Assembly: GCF_037902255.1 (NCBI RefSeq)
Contig: NZ_CP147990.1
Span: 2,280,001 to 2,312,000, forward strand
DNA from: Candidatus Electrothrix sp. GW3-4
Lineage (GTDB): Bacteria; Desulfobacterota; Desulfobulbia; Desulfobulbales; Desulfobulbaceae
Length of the DNA: 32,000 nt
Direction: 5' to 3'
Below the pieces are notes generated by a model that saw nothing but the letters and a program-made list of their open reading frames with translations, was not told the DNA's origin and searched no databases. The position numbers and the translations under genes are program-made. Positions 23,266 to 32,000 of the stretch are shown in pieces (within the stretch, counting starts at the first letter, position 1; the number at the start of each line of letters is the position of its first letter).

Positions 23266-24537
23266 TTATGCTGCGGCGTCGGGAATAAAAGGATTTTCTA
23301 GGAAAGCATTTCTGATCGCCTCGAAAATGTTTTTTGAATTTTTACGGGCCGTGGAGATCTATCCCCGGATACAGGCGAATCGTTCCGCACCGTCAACAGT
23401 CTGGAAGCAACCCGAAACCTTCTGCTTGACCTTCATCATACGCACATCCCTTTCCGCTGCGTTGTTGTCAAACGGTACCCGAAAATCGTACATGAAGGCG
23501 AGGGTCTCTGTTCTGTAATCCCGAAGCCTTGTCAGGAGTTTGAGTGGAGGGGTTTTCTTCACCCGTCCTCTTTTTTTCTCTTTCGGTGGAGTGAAAGGAT
23601 TGTCCGCGAAGCCCTGGCAGATGATTTCATCGTATCGCCGCTCGAAGTTTTCGATTTCTTCCGACCCGAAAGCATCCCGGTCCGGCTTCAGTTTTTCGAC
23701 CTCCTCTTTTATCTCAAGCAGCAGATCAGCCATGTCTCCGGCCCATGCCTGTTCATACTGTTTGCCTATGAATTTAAGCTCGCGAAGGTGGTGTGAGTTG
23801 CACAGTCCATGACGGCAGTTTTTATATCCGAAGTACGATATCCAGTGATCATGCAGCATCGTTCCTTCGAATTCGCTGAGAATTCCGGCTGCATCCATCG
23901 CTTCTTTTCCCCGCTTTTCATGCACGTTATAATGAGTGAGCAGGTCCGACGAAGCGACATGCAGCCAATGGAGTTTTCCTTTGACCCACAGCCCGGTTTC
24001 GTCCGCATTCAGCACTTCGGCATGACGGAGAAGCTCCGCAGTCGCTTCGGTCGAGGGGCAAACACACTCGGAAAGCTCTTCAGACGCCTTGAGCAACGAA
24101 CCCTCTGAAATTCCGTGCCCGGTCAGATCCTCAATAATCTGTGCTGTGCGTTCAAGCGGAATATGATGCTGATTCCCGAAATACGCGGCATAAGTCTTTA
24201 TGCCTGTGCCGTATCGAACGCCCCGTTCGACGTTTTCCGGGAATTCACCCCGGTTTTCCGTGCCGCATCCGGGACAGATCTTTATTTCCGCCCGGTGCAC
24301 AGCCACTTCAATCCGAATCGCCGGAATATCGTAAACCTGCCGTTCCTCATCTCCGACAGCGAAGACGTCCTCAAGCGACGTCCGGCAGCACGGCAAACGC
24401 ATGACTTTCGCTATAAATTCAGCAGAATATTGCTTCCGCGTTATCGTGCCGGGGTACGCTGGCCTATTTGTGTAATGAACAACATAAAAAGTGTCGAGAA
24501 CGTGGCATGGCCCAGTATCTCCTAATTTCAGCCCCAA
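23266..24537 (-). mobile_element. IS66-family transposase (TnpC-type) remnant with an in-frame TAG at 23359-23361 and no upstream tnpA/tnpB
   Basis: Motifs: RQVYDIPAIRIEVAVHRAEIKICPGCG, GKLHWLHVASSDLLTHYNVHEKRGKEAMDAAGILSEFEGTMLHDHW, and NNAAERDVRMMKVKQKVSGCF. After IRG-TAG the same frame continues ISTARKNSKNIFEAIRNAFLENPFIPDAAA to a TAA at 23266. Confidence 0.75.
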
Positions 24538-24576
24538 AAGCTCCAGGTTGTAACTTGCTGATTTTTTATGGGCAAG

Positions 24577-25317
24577 TCATGCGTTTGCCCTGACCTCATG
24601 GCGACCGTGATCTGTATTGTCGCTACGGTAAAAATCAAACTTGGAACTCTCCAATTCTTCCATACTTGCGTTGCCGAAAAGGTCATCAATTGCCTGAAAC
24701 AGGCCCGGCTGATTACCTTTGACGGCTATCGCATAATCTCCGCCACGATCAACGATCTTTTGGGTAATTTTCTTCTGACAACCCATAGCGTCAATTGTCA
24801 CGATGCATCCCTCTATTTCCAAAAGATTGAGTAGTTCAGGGATCGCGGTTATTTCATTCGATTTTTCTTCTGTCTTGACCTGTCCAAGCACGAGGCGGCT
24901 TGCTGAGGCCCAGGCACTAACCATGTGAATCGCTGCTTTATTTGATTTTTTATCATACGATCTTCGTAATGTTTTCCCGTCAATTGCGACGACTTGACCT
25001 TTGGTTATTTTAGCCGCCGCCTGAATCCACCCTGAAAAACATCGTTGGAACTCTTCGGTATTTATAAATGAAAATAATCGGTTAAACGTGTCGTGCGAAG
25101 GAATACCGTTGGGCAGCTCCAGAAAAGTGGCGAACCAGTCTTTTTTTGCGTTGCCGTATTCCTCTATTTCGACCCAGTTGTCTGCTGCGGAGATGACTGC
25201 ACAAACAGCAATCACTATAATATCAATCAGTTTATGTTCATTCTTATTGACATGAACACGCGGATCGGGCAAAGTCGAAAAATGTTCTATAATACTGGCT
25301 GTAGTGTGCTCCGACAT
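24577..25317 (-). mobile_element. ISAs1-family (H-repeat-associated) transposase, C-terminally truncated fragment
   Basis: N-terminus is IIEHFSTLPDPRV...LIDIIVIAVCAVISAADNWVEIEEYG, followed by the DDE region VVAIDGKTLRRS...IHMVSAW...IVTIDAMGCQKKI. Homology stops at ...DHGRHEVR (~24590), whereas family members are ~370-380 aa from memory. The likely start, ATG 25317, follows AGGAGG. Confidence 0.75.
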
Positions 25318-25426
25318 GTTGTCCTCCTGAGAATTCATCTTAGAGGACACTCTATAAAATTAAAATGAGCGGGACGCACGTATTATTTACAAGGTCAGTT
25401 AACTTTTAGAAGTTATTGAGCAAGTC

Positions 25427-25945
25427 ATGCGTTTGCCGTGGGATTTGCAGGAGCAAGTGGAGAGTTACAAGCGCCGAAATGGCTACTACCCGGCAGTCGT
25501 GCTGGCTGATCAAATTTACGGCTCAAGGGAAAACCGTAAATATCTCAAAGAGAAAGGTATTCGCTTTGGTGGCAAGCGAATGGGCAGGCCCCCGGAAGAG
25601 ACGGAAGAAAACAAAGAACACCTTCGGGAACTGAAAGCACAACGGATTCGGGATAGCCGGGAACGGATCCCCATTGAGGGGAAATTTGGCCAAGGAAAAA
25701 ACGGCTACCGACTCAACTACATCCGGGCAAAACTTCAGCGAACCTCTGAAGCATGGATCAACTGTATCTTCCTGGTCATGAATCTGATGGTTCTGCTCAG
25801 GAAGTTGCAGGAACAGCTCGAAAATTTATATTTTTCACCTTTGTGCAGTTTGGTGAAATACATTACCGCTCGATTAAGGGCATTCGTTGGACAAATGCCA
25901 AGGCAAATCTTGCAGTATTGTCTGTATAAACGTCTGGCTTTTTGA
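25427..25945 (+). mobile_element. IS5/IS1182-type DDE transposase, C-terminal fragment only
   Basis: LADQIYGSRENRKYLKEKGIRFGGKRMGRP...RIPIEGKFGQGKNGYRLNYIRAKLQRTSEAWINCIFLVMNL matches the C-terminal D...E/IEG.FG..K pattern of IS4/IS5-superfamily transposases. There is no N-terminal half upstream. Confidence 0.6.
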
Positions 25946-25952
25946 GGAGGCT

Positions 25953-26312
25953 CTATTTAAGTGACACCTCAGTACATTTCACTCCAAGTACAAGGTCCTC
26001 AGTCCTGCAAATTTCACCTCTAACACTGCATTTCGTCGGTGCCCTCCTTTCACAATGTCTGCGAGCAGTAACACATCCTTGATAGCACTCCACAGAAGTG
26101 ATCTCATTCCCTTCAAATACGCATCCATGTTGAACCATAGTAGCGCAACTCCTTTGGCAGTCGTTCGACACGAGCACTCTCGCAGCAAGAATATTATAAA
26201 GGGTGTCTTTTGCAACACATCCCTGCCCCGTAGCAGAATTGCAAGCGCCCCCCATTAGAATCATCGTCCCTGCAAAAATCGTTACAACCAACCTTCTAAA
26301 ATATTTACCCAT
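25953..26312 (-). CDS. Cysteine-rich secreted protein or putative lipoprotein, 119 aa
   Basis: Strong SD (GGAGGA) before ATG 26312. The signal-like N-terminus is MGKYFRRLVVTIFAGTMILMGGAC. The protein has 11 Cys. No family recognised. Confidence 0.55.
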   Translation of the reverse strand: MGKYFRRLVVTIFAGTMILMGGACNSATGQGCVAKDTLYNILAARVLVSNDCQRSCATMVQHGCVFEGNEITSVECYQGCVTARRHCERRAPTKCSVRGEICRTEDLVLGVKCTEVSLK

Positions 26313-26421
26313 TATCCTCCTCTGAGTTTTTAGTAGCTGATGTTACATTGCCTGAAGTTGTTTAAAATGTCCCCATTGTCAAGACAGTGATCACCAAAAA
26401 GTAAGACAGAGCAGCAGGCTG

Positions 26422-27345
26422 CTAACGGCTTTTCCGTCGGACAATCCTCTTTGTTCCATTCTCGCAGCTGCCTATTATTTTCCCGCTCCCTGTCCGATCC
26501 TTATCCACAATGGCAAGAACAAACGAGGGTACACCTGCGGCGACCAGCTTGGCAGCTATCTCGGACTTCAGCTCCTCACAGTCTTTAATACCATAGGCAA
26601 GGGTTACGGCAGGGAGAGAGGGTCTCTCTGCCTGCCCGACCCCGAACAGAGAACCGGCTGGCAGAAGATGCACTATCCTCTTGGTTCCCTTGTCGCAGCT
26701 GCCCAGTACTTGATCGGCACCTACCCAGTCCTTATCCACAAGAGCCAGACCAGACGGGGAAATGCCTGTAGCGACCAGCTTGGCAGCTATCTCGGACTTC
26801 AGCTTCTCACAGTCGTGCATACCGTAGTAGGCAAGGGTTGCGGAGGGGCGCAAAGATTTTTCTGCCTGCCCGGCCCTGGCCAGAGAACCGCTTGCCGGAA
26901 GACGCACAATCCTCTTTGCTCCCCCCTCGCAGCTGGCCAGTATTTTCCCGTTCCCTGTCCGGTCCTTATCCACAATGGCAAGAACAAACGAGGATACACC
27001 TGCGGCGCTCAGCTTGGCAGCTATCTCGGACTTTAATTCATCACAGTCTTTCCTACCATAGGCAAGGGTTATAGAGGGGCGGGAGGGCCTCTCTGCCTGC
27101 CCGGCCCTGGGCGCAAAAGCGGCTACAGGAAGACGCACGATCCTCTTTGTTCCCCCCTCGCAGCTGCCCAGTATCTTCCCGTTCCCAGCCTGGTCCTTAT
27201 CCACAATGGCAAGAACAAACGAGGATACACCTGCGGCGCTCAGCTTGGCAGCTATCTCGGACTGCAGCTCTTCACAGTTTTTAATAGCAGCGACAGCCTG
27301 CCCCGAAGTCAATATAATCAGACAAAACACAATAACGTTCTTCAC
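26422..27345 (-). CDS. Secreted protein with four tandem DUF1161-like domains
   Basis: Signal peptide MKNVIVFCLIILTSGQAVAA. The unit C(E/D)ELKSEIAAKL...VDKD...G(S)CEGGTKRIV occurs four times, joined by LP...GQAE..(R)PS.TLAYG linkers. The Cys-to-Cys period is 77/78/77 aa. Confidence 0.65.
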   Translation of the reverse strand: MKNVIVFCLIILTSGQAVAAIKNCEELQSEIAAKLSAAGVSSFVLAIVDKDQAGNGKILGSCEGGTKRIVRLPVAAFAPRAGQAERPSRPSITLAYGRKDCDELKSEIAAKLSAAGVSSFVLAIVDKDRTGNGKILASCEGGAKRIVRLPASGSLARAGQAEKSLRPSATLAYYGMHDCEKLKSEIAAKLVATGISPSGLALVDKDWVGADQVLGSCDKGTKRIVHLLPAGSLFGVGQAERPSLPAVTLAYGIKDCEELKSEIAAKLVAAGVPSFVLAIVDKDRTGSGKIIGSCENGTKRIVRRKSR

Positions 27346-27510
27346 CAGTTCCTCTCCATGAATAGTCCAGGAGACCCACCCCTCCTCTCTCGACAGAGAG
27401 ATAACCCGTAGAGTATTTGATGGATATAGTATTTAATTGTATACCTGATAAGTAAGTCAAGCATTAAAAACCGGATCATCAGAAGCAGCCCGATCCATCC
27501 TTCGATTGTC

Positions 27511-27539
27511 TTGACAAATTCCCCTCTATTTTTTAGGAT
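27511..27539 (+). promoter_or_regulatory. Candidate sigma-70 promoter for murA
   Basis: TTGACA at 27511-27516, a 17-nt spacer, then TAGGAT at 27534-27539, ~115 nt upstream of ATG 27655. Confidence 0.3.
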
Positions 27540-27654
27540 GGCGGCCCGCCTTTAAAGCCGCATGCGAGGTTCGAAAACGATTGCCAGAAAGAGATTCACC
27601 GGATACAACACAATAAGCTCTCAGCCCATAACCAACTCATCAGTAAAGAACATA

Positions 27655-28938
27655 ATGGACAAAATACAAATCAACGGAGGACGCCCACTCCAGGGAAACA
27701 TCAAAGTCAGCGGTGCAAAGAATGCAGCCCTGCCCCTGCTGGCAGCCACCATCCTGGCACCAGGGACTTATACCCTCCATAATGTCCCGGATCTCAGGGA
27801 CACTCGCACCATGCTCATGCTTCTCCAGACCTTAGGCGCGAGCTGGGAACGCACTGACGGTTCCGTGCAAATCAACACCACCGATCTGACCGGTGCAGAA
27901 GCCCCCTACGATCTGGTTAAAACCATGCGGGCTTCAGTTCTTGTCCTCGGCCCTCTGCTCACACGGGCAGGCTGCGCTCGGGTTTCCTTACCTGGTGGGT
28001 GCGCCATCGGTGCCCGGCCCATCAACTTCCATCTCCGCGGTTTTGAGCAGCTCGGTGCCGTCACCCGGCTTGCGAGCGGTTACGTAGAAGCGCGGGTTGA
28101 AGGAGAACTAACAGGAAACACGGTCTATTTTGATATCCCCTCAGTCACGGGAACAGAAAATGTGCTCATGGCCTCGGTCAAGGCAAACGGAACAACCATT
28201 ATCCGCAACGCGGCCAAAGAACCAGAGGTAGGTAACCTCATTGACATGCTCACCGCCATGGGAGCAAGGATTGAAGGACGGGACACAGATTGTCTCACCG
28301 TCACCGGTGTTGCCTCGTTACAGGCCACAGAGGCAAGAATTATCCCTGATCGTATCGAGGCAGGCACCTATGCCATCGCCGTGGGGGCCACGGGTGGCGA
28401 GCTGGAGATCACTGACTGTGACCCCTCGCACCTGCCGGTCCTTATAGAAAAACTTCGGGCGACCGGTATGGAGATAGCAGCAAAGAAAAGCAGCATCATC
28501 GTATCATGCCCTGTCAATGAACAGGGAGACCGCTGTCCTTTACAAGCTGTTGACATTACCACCATGCCCTACCCTGGCTTTCCCACTGACCTCCAGGCCC
28601 AGTTCATGGCCCTGATGATCCAATGTTCAGGCGTGTCGCTTATCCATGAAACAATCTTTGAGAACCGCTTCATGCATGTTGCTGAGCTGCAACGGCTGGG
28701 AGCAAAAATCAATATTGACGGGGCCACAGCTGTTGTCAACGGGATCGCCCGCAACAAACTCATCGGGGCCCCCATGATGGCAACCGACCTACGTGCCTCT
28801 GCCTCCCTGGTCGTTGCAGGCCTGGCCGCATCAGGGACAACAGAAATATCGAGGATATATCATCTTGAACGGGGATATGAAAATATGGTGGAGAAACTCC
28901 GCCAGGTTGGCGCCGAGATTGAACAGATTGCCGGTTAA
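27655..28938 (+). CDS. murA: UDP-N-acetylglucosamine 1-carboxyvinyltransferase
   Basis: [31 protein letters not shown]..., the active-site region [13 protein letters not shown], and a C-terminal ...[14 protein letters not shown]. The internal ATG 27655 gives the canonical N-terminus. Confidence 0.9.
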   Translation: MDKIQINGGRPLQGNIKVSGAKNAALPLLAATILAPGTYTLHNVPDLRDTRTMLMLLQTLGASWERTDGSVQINTTDLTGAEAPYDLVKTMRASVLVLGPLLTRAGCARVSLPGGCAIGARPINFHLRGFEQLGAVTRLASGYVEARVEGELTGNTVYFDIPSVTGTENVLMASVKANGTTIIRNAAKEPEVGNLIDMLTAMGARIEGRDTDCLTVTGVASLQATEARIIPDRIEAGTYAIAVGATGGELEITDCDPSHLPVLIEKLRATGMEIAAKKSSIIVSCPVNEQGDRCPLQAVDITTMPYPGFPTDLQAQFMALMIQCSGVSLIHETIFENRFMHVAELQRLGAKINIDGATAVVNGIARNKLIGAPMMATDLRASASLVVAGLAASGTTEISRIYHLERGYENMVEKLRQVGAEIEQIAG

Positions 28939-30686
28939 CCTTTTTCTTCGCCCTCTTCATCTTCCGTAGGTGTTGCCGGAAGGGGGAGCTGTATTGCCAC
29001 AATACTCCCCTCCTCCGGCTCCAGTAGCTTCACTGTCCCACCCTGCTGCTCAACAAATTGCTGGACAATGGCCAGCCCCAGCCCAGCGCTATCCTCCCGG
29101 CCGGAAAAAAACGGGTTAAACACCTTTTCCCTGATCTCATCGGCAATCCCTATCCCCTTATCGACGACGGCAATACAGAGGCAAGACTGCTCTTCTGGCT
29201 CTTCCTGAACCTGGACAATAATGGGTTCTGCACTGTCTTTTGAGGCAAAACAACTATTCTCCAAAAGGTGGGTCAAAATGATTTGTACTTGGCGCCTGTC
29301 TCCCCAGCAGTCAAGATTCTCTGGAATGTCAGCAAGGATAGTACAGCCGGGATAACGGGATTTCTTTCCCTGTATCTGCCGGACAGCATCGATAACTACT
29401 CGTTTCAGATTAAACCATTCCGACTCCAGCTCTTTGGGATGAGAAAATTGGAGGAAATCATTAATCGTCTTCTCCATCCGGTCTGATTCCCGCAAGATAA
29501 TATCTGTCAGATGGCGGTTGGTACTTATGATGGGATCATCAGACCCTTTCTGTCTCTCCCTCATATGAACACTCAGGATCTGGGCAGATCCTGAAATAGC
29601 TGCCAAGGGATTACGAAAATCATGAGCAATAGCTCCACTCAGTTCGCCAATGGCCGCCATTTTCTCGCTATCCCTGACCTGCTGCTCCATCTTTTCCAGG
29701 ACACTAATATCCTGCATAGTGATCACCTTACAACGCGCATCATCCTGATCACCTTGTACCTCTGGGTCAGGGGGAAGGTTCAACTGTGCCAAGGTAAACC
29801 TGACCCGAGCAGAGGACCTATCCTCTCTTGCAAGATCAACCACTTGCTTACTTTCGTCATTTTCAGTAAGAATAACTGCCGGAAAAAAGGCAGCAAAAGG
29901 AAGACCAATAATTTTCTCCGCTGAAAAACCGGTTATCTTTTCAAAGGCCATATTACATGAGGTAACCAGATTCCTCCCATCAACAGTAATGATACCGGTA
30001 TTAATATCATCAAAGATCTGCTTATAGAGACGATTGAGACGATCAAACTGCACTGAGGTCCTGGAAAGCGCCTCCTCTGTCCTGCGCAACCTCGCTGCAA
30101 CGATACTGCTTGACAGGCCGATAGCATAAAAAATAACCACATACACGGCAAATTTATTCACAACATCAAGAAAATAATCGGGTGGGATATAATTGGTATG
30201 GGAATAAAAGGGAGGAATATATTCCAGATACTCACAGAGAAGAATTGCCCCGTACAAGAGGGAAGAAGCCGTGGCAGCCAGCAAGCCGCCAATTCGGTTC
30301 AGGTTCAAACCACCAACAAGGACAGGAAAGATAAAGATTGGCCTGAAGATAGATTGACTGCATCCGGTGCCCAACACTAATAAAGCCGAAAATACCGTGT
30401 CCGAAAGGACTTGAATAAGCCCAAAACGAGGCAGGTGACTGGTTTTCGTCTGCAAGAGCCCGGCAGAGCCGACAGAGTAGATAAACACCACAGAGAGAAA
30501 GGCCATGGTCACCGATGTAGGCGGCAGAATAACATTACGCCCCAAACTCTGCAAAACAACTGTCACAGCGATCAACAAGGTGAACAGGATCACCCTTGTC
30601 ATGATCATCCAGATCAGGTGACGAAGCAGCTGTTCCTTTGAATCTTGTATGGGTTTCAACTCGTTGATAAGCTTATTTATAGACAT
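28935..30686 (-). CDS. Membrane sensor histidine kinase (multi-TM N-terminus, PAS, HisKA, HATPase_c)
   Basis: 583 aa. It has an H-box ([18 protein letters not shown]), N/G boxes ([21 protein letters not shown]), and a PAS-like region ([30 protein letters not shown]). The stop overlaps the murA stop by 4 nt (convergent genes). Confidence 0.8.
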   Translation of the reverse strand: MSINKLINELKPIQDSKEQLLRHLIWMIMTRVILFTLLIAVTVVLQSLGRNVILPPTSVTMAFLSVVFIYSVGSAGLLQTKTSHLPRFGLIQVLSDTVFSALLVLGTGCSQSIFRPIFIFPVLVGGLNLNRIGGLLAATASSLLYGAILLCEYLEYIPPFYSHTNYIPPDYFLDVVNKFAVYVVIFYAIGLSSSIVAARLRRTEEALSRTSVQFDRLNRLYKQIFDDINTGIITVDGRNLVTSCNMAFEKITGFSAEKIIGLPFAAFFPAVILTENDESKQVVDLAREDRSSARVRFTLAQLNLPPDPEVQGDQDDARCKVITMQDISVLEKMEQQVRDSEKMAAIGELSGAIAHDFRNPLAAISGSAQILSVHMRERQKGSDDPIISTNRHLTDIILRESDRMEKTINDFLQFSHPKELESEWFNLKRVVIDAVRQIQGKKSRYPGCTILADIPENLDCWGDRRQVQIILTHLLENSCFASKDSAEPIIVQVQEEPEEQSCLCIAVVDKGIGIADEIREKVFNPFFSGREDSAGLGLAIVQQFVEQQGGTVKLLEPEEGSIVAIQLPLPATPTEDEEGEEKG

Positions 30687-30760
30687 AATATATTATTCGG
30701 ACTGGTTGGTTTAAAATACGGTCAACAGATCTTTCTTTCCTCTTTCAATCAATTTTTTTT

Positions 30761-32000
30761 TCAATCAATCTCGTATTTTTTCGTTTTATAACGCAGCGAT
30801 CTAAAACTGATCTTCAGTAATTCAGCAGCCCGCATTTTCGACCCTTCAGCCGCTTCCAGTGCATGCCTGATCATCCTGGTTTCCAGGTCAATTAAGATAT
30901 CTTCCATTCCCCGATCAAAGAGTTCCTGTTCATCCTGTGCCCCGACAAATAAGGCCTCTTTCTGCAAACGGGGTCTCTCCTTTCGGGAAAGTATAAGACT
31001 TTCTGGAAGAATGATATTGGAGGATTCAAGGGCGACCCCACGCTCAATGATATTTTCCAGTTCACGGACATTACCTGGAAAATTGTACTCCATAAGTACT
31101 TCCAGGCCGTATGAAGAAATGGTTTGTACTTCTTTGCCAAGCAATTTGGAGTATTTTTTCAGAAAATACTCCACCAGCAGCGGAACATCACCTTTTCGTT
31201 CCCTGAGCGGTGGTACCCGGATCGGCACAACAGCCAGCCGGTAAAAGAGGTCTTCCCGGAAACGCTTTTCTATGATTTCGTCTTCCAGGTTCCGGTTGGT
31301 TGCCGAAACAATACGAACATTCACCTGCTTTGTCCTGGTTGCCCCCACTGGCATGAACTCGCGCTCTTGGAGCACCCGCAAAAGCTTGGTCTGGATAATG
31401 GGTGTAAGCTCGCCGATCTCATCCAGAAAGGCCGTCCCTGAATCGGCCTGTTGGAAGAGCCCAGGTTTATCGGCCACAGCCCCTGTAAAAGAGCCTTTCA
31501 CATGGCCAAACAGTTCGCTCTCAAGAAGACTTTCAGGTATTGCACTGCAGGTAATCGGAACAAAGGGATTAGCTGCGACTTTGGAATGCTCATGAATAGC
31601 CTTGGCAACCAATTCCTTCCCTGTCCCAGATTCACCATAGATAAGCACACTGGCCGGAGTGGGTGCGACTCGTCTGATCAGGTCAAAAATACGGAGCATC
31701 TCCGGGCTTGAGCCAATGATCCCTGCGAAACTCTCCCCTTCCTCTTTCCTTTCTGCTGATACTTTTCTTTGAACCGCCGTTCTGATGACATTTTTCAGCT
31801 CATCAACATGAAAGGGTTTGGTGATATAATCAAAGGCGCCCTGCTTCATTGCCAGCACAGCGTCATCAGGTGAGGCATATGCGGTGAGCATGACCACCGG
31901 CAAATCAGGATAATGCTGTTTCAGCTCTGCCAGGAGTTCGAGCCCGTTCATACCGGGCATACGAATATCAGTAATAACAACATCAAAGGGATCTTTAACA
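30761..32000 (-). CDS. Sigma-54-dependent (NtrC-family) response regulator; the 5' end lies beyond the window
   Basis: A REC domain tail (DVVITDIRMPGMNGLELL, read through 31961-32000), an AAA+ domain (GESGTGKELVAKAIH, GSFTGA, ESELFGH) and a Fis-type HTH (AAELLKISFRSLRYKTKKY). It sits upstream of, and co-oriented with, the kinase. Confidence 0.85.
   Translation of the reverse strand, partial: VKDPFDVVITDIRMPGMNGLELLAELKQHYPDLPVVMLTAYASPDDAVLAMKQGAFDYITKPFHVDELKNVIRTAVQRKVSAERKEEGESFAGIIGSSPEMLRIFDLIRRVAPTPASVLIYGESGTGKELVAKAIHEHSKVAANPFVPITCSAIPESLLESELFGHVKGSFTGAVADKPGLFQQADSGTAFLDEIGELTPIIQTKLLRVLQEREFMPVGATRTKQVNVRIVSATNRNLEDEIIEKRFREDLFYRLAVVPIRVPPLRERKGDVPLLVEYFLKKYSKLLGKEVQTISSYGLEVLMEYNFPGNVRELENIIERGVALESSNIILPESLILSRKERPRLQKEALFVGAQDEQELFDRGMEDILIDLETRMIRHALEAAEGSKMRAAELLKISFRSLRYKTKKYEID

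Noticed and set aside
23359-23361. In-frame TAG as a pyrrolysine or read-through codon
   Set aside because: No pyl genes or PYLIS-like context are visible in the window. The element is otherwise truncated and surrounded by dead IS fragments, so a simple nonsense mutation is more parsimonious.
26422-27345. ~231-bp tandem DNA repeats considered as a CRISPR array or non-coding VNTR
   Set aside because: The repeats are in frame within one long ORF with a signal peptide. They have no unique spacers and correspond to protein domain repeats.

Overview
Chromosomal window with Desulfobacterota-like gene content (inference only), made of three kinds of sequence. All family calls come from motif recognition by eye; no searches were run.

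(1) 1-4.8 kb. A frameshifted PLP histidine-decarboxylase-like gene (minus strand, runs off the left edge) lies divergent from a cooS-cooF-FAD/NAD oxidoreductase cluster. Both cooS and cooF are also broken by single-base homopolymer frameshifts.

(2) 4.9-13.6 kb. An accessory island abuts tRNA-Lys(CTT) and contains no integrase. A ~190-bp direct repeat (the 3' end of a DUF3800 gene plus a terminator) brackets 7.6 kb of it. Contents:
- a 5'-truncated P4/D5-type primase-helicase gene;
- an AT-rich co-oriented block with an HsdR_N-like PD-(D/E)xK nuclease, an ORF-free GC-rich ~330-nt segment with nested long-range helices, and a Panacea-domain protein translationally coupled to an extended MazF/PemK-like protein;
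- a GNAT-toxin-like acetyltransferase with a 54-aa upstream partner missing from the ORF track;
- a small wHTH gene and a diverged ~130-nt direct repeat.

(3) 13.7-32 kb. Housekeeping genes: fused accA-accD, accC, corC, lnt, an AP2-like small gene, prfB with its programmed +1 frameshift, a GlcF-like Fe-S protein, murA, a sensor kinase, and a sigma-54 response regulator running off the right edge. These are interrupted at 23.3-25.95 kb by fragments of three different IS families. Next come a Cys-rich putative lipoprotein and a secreted protein with four tandem DUF1161-like repeats.

The best candidate for a new system is the Panacea + MazF-like pair (8531-10010) and its AT-rich neighbourhood.
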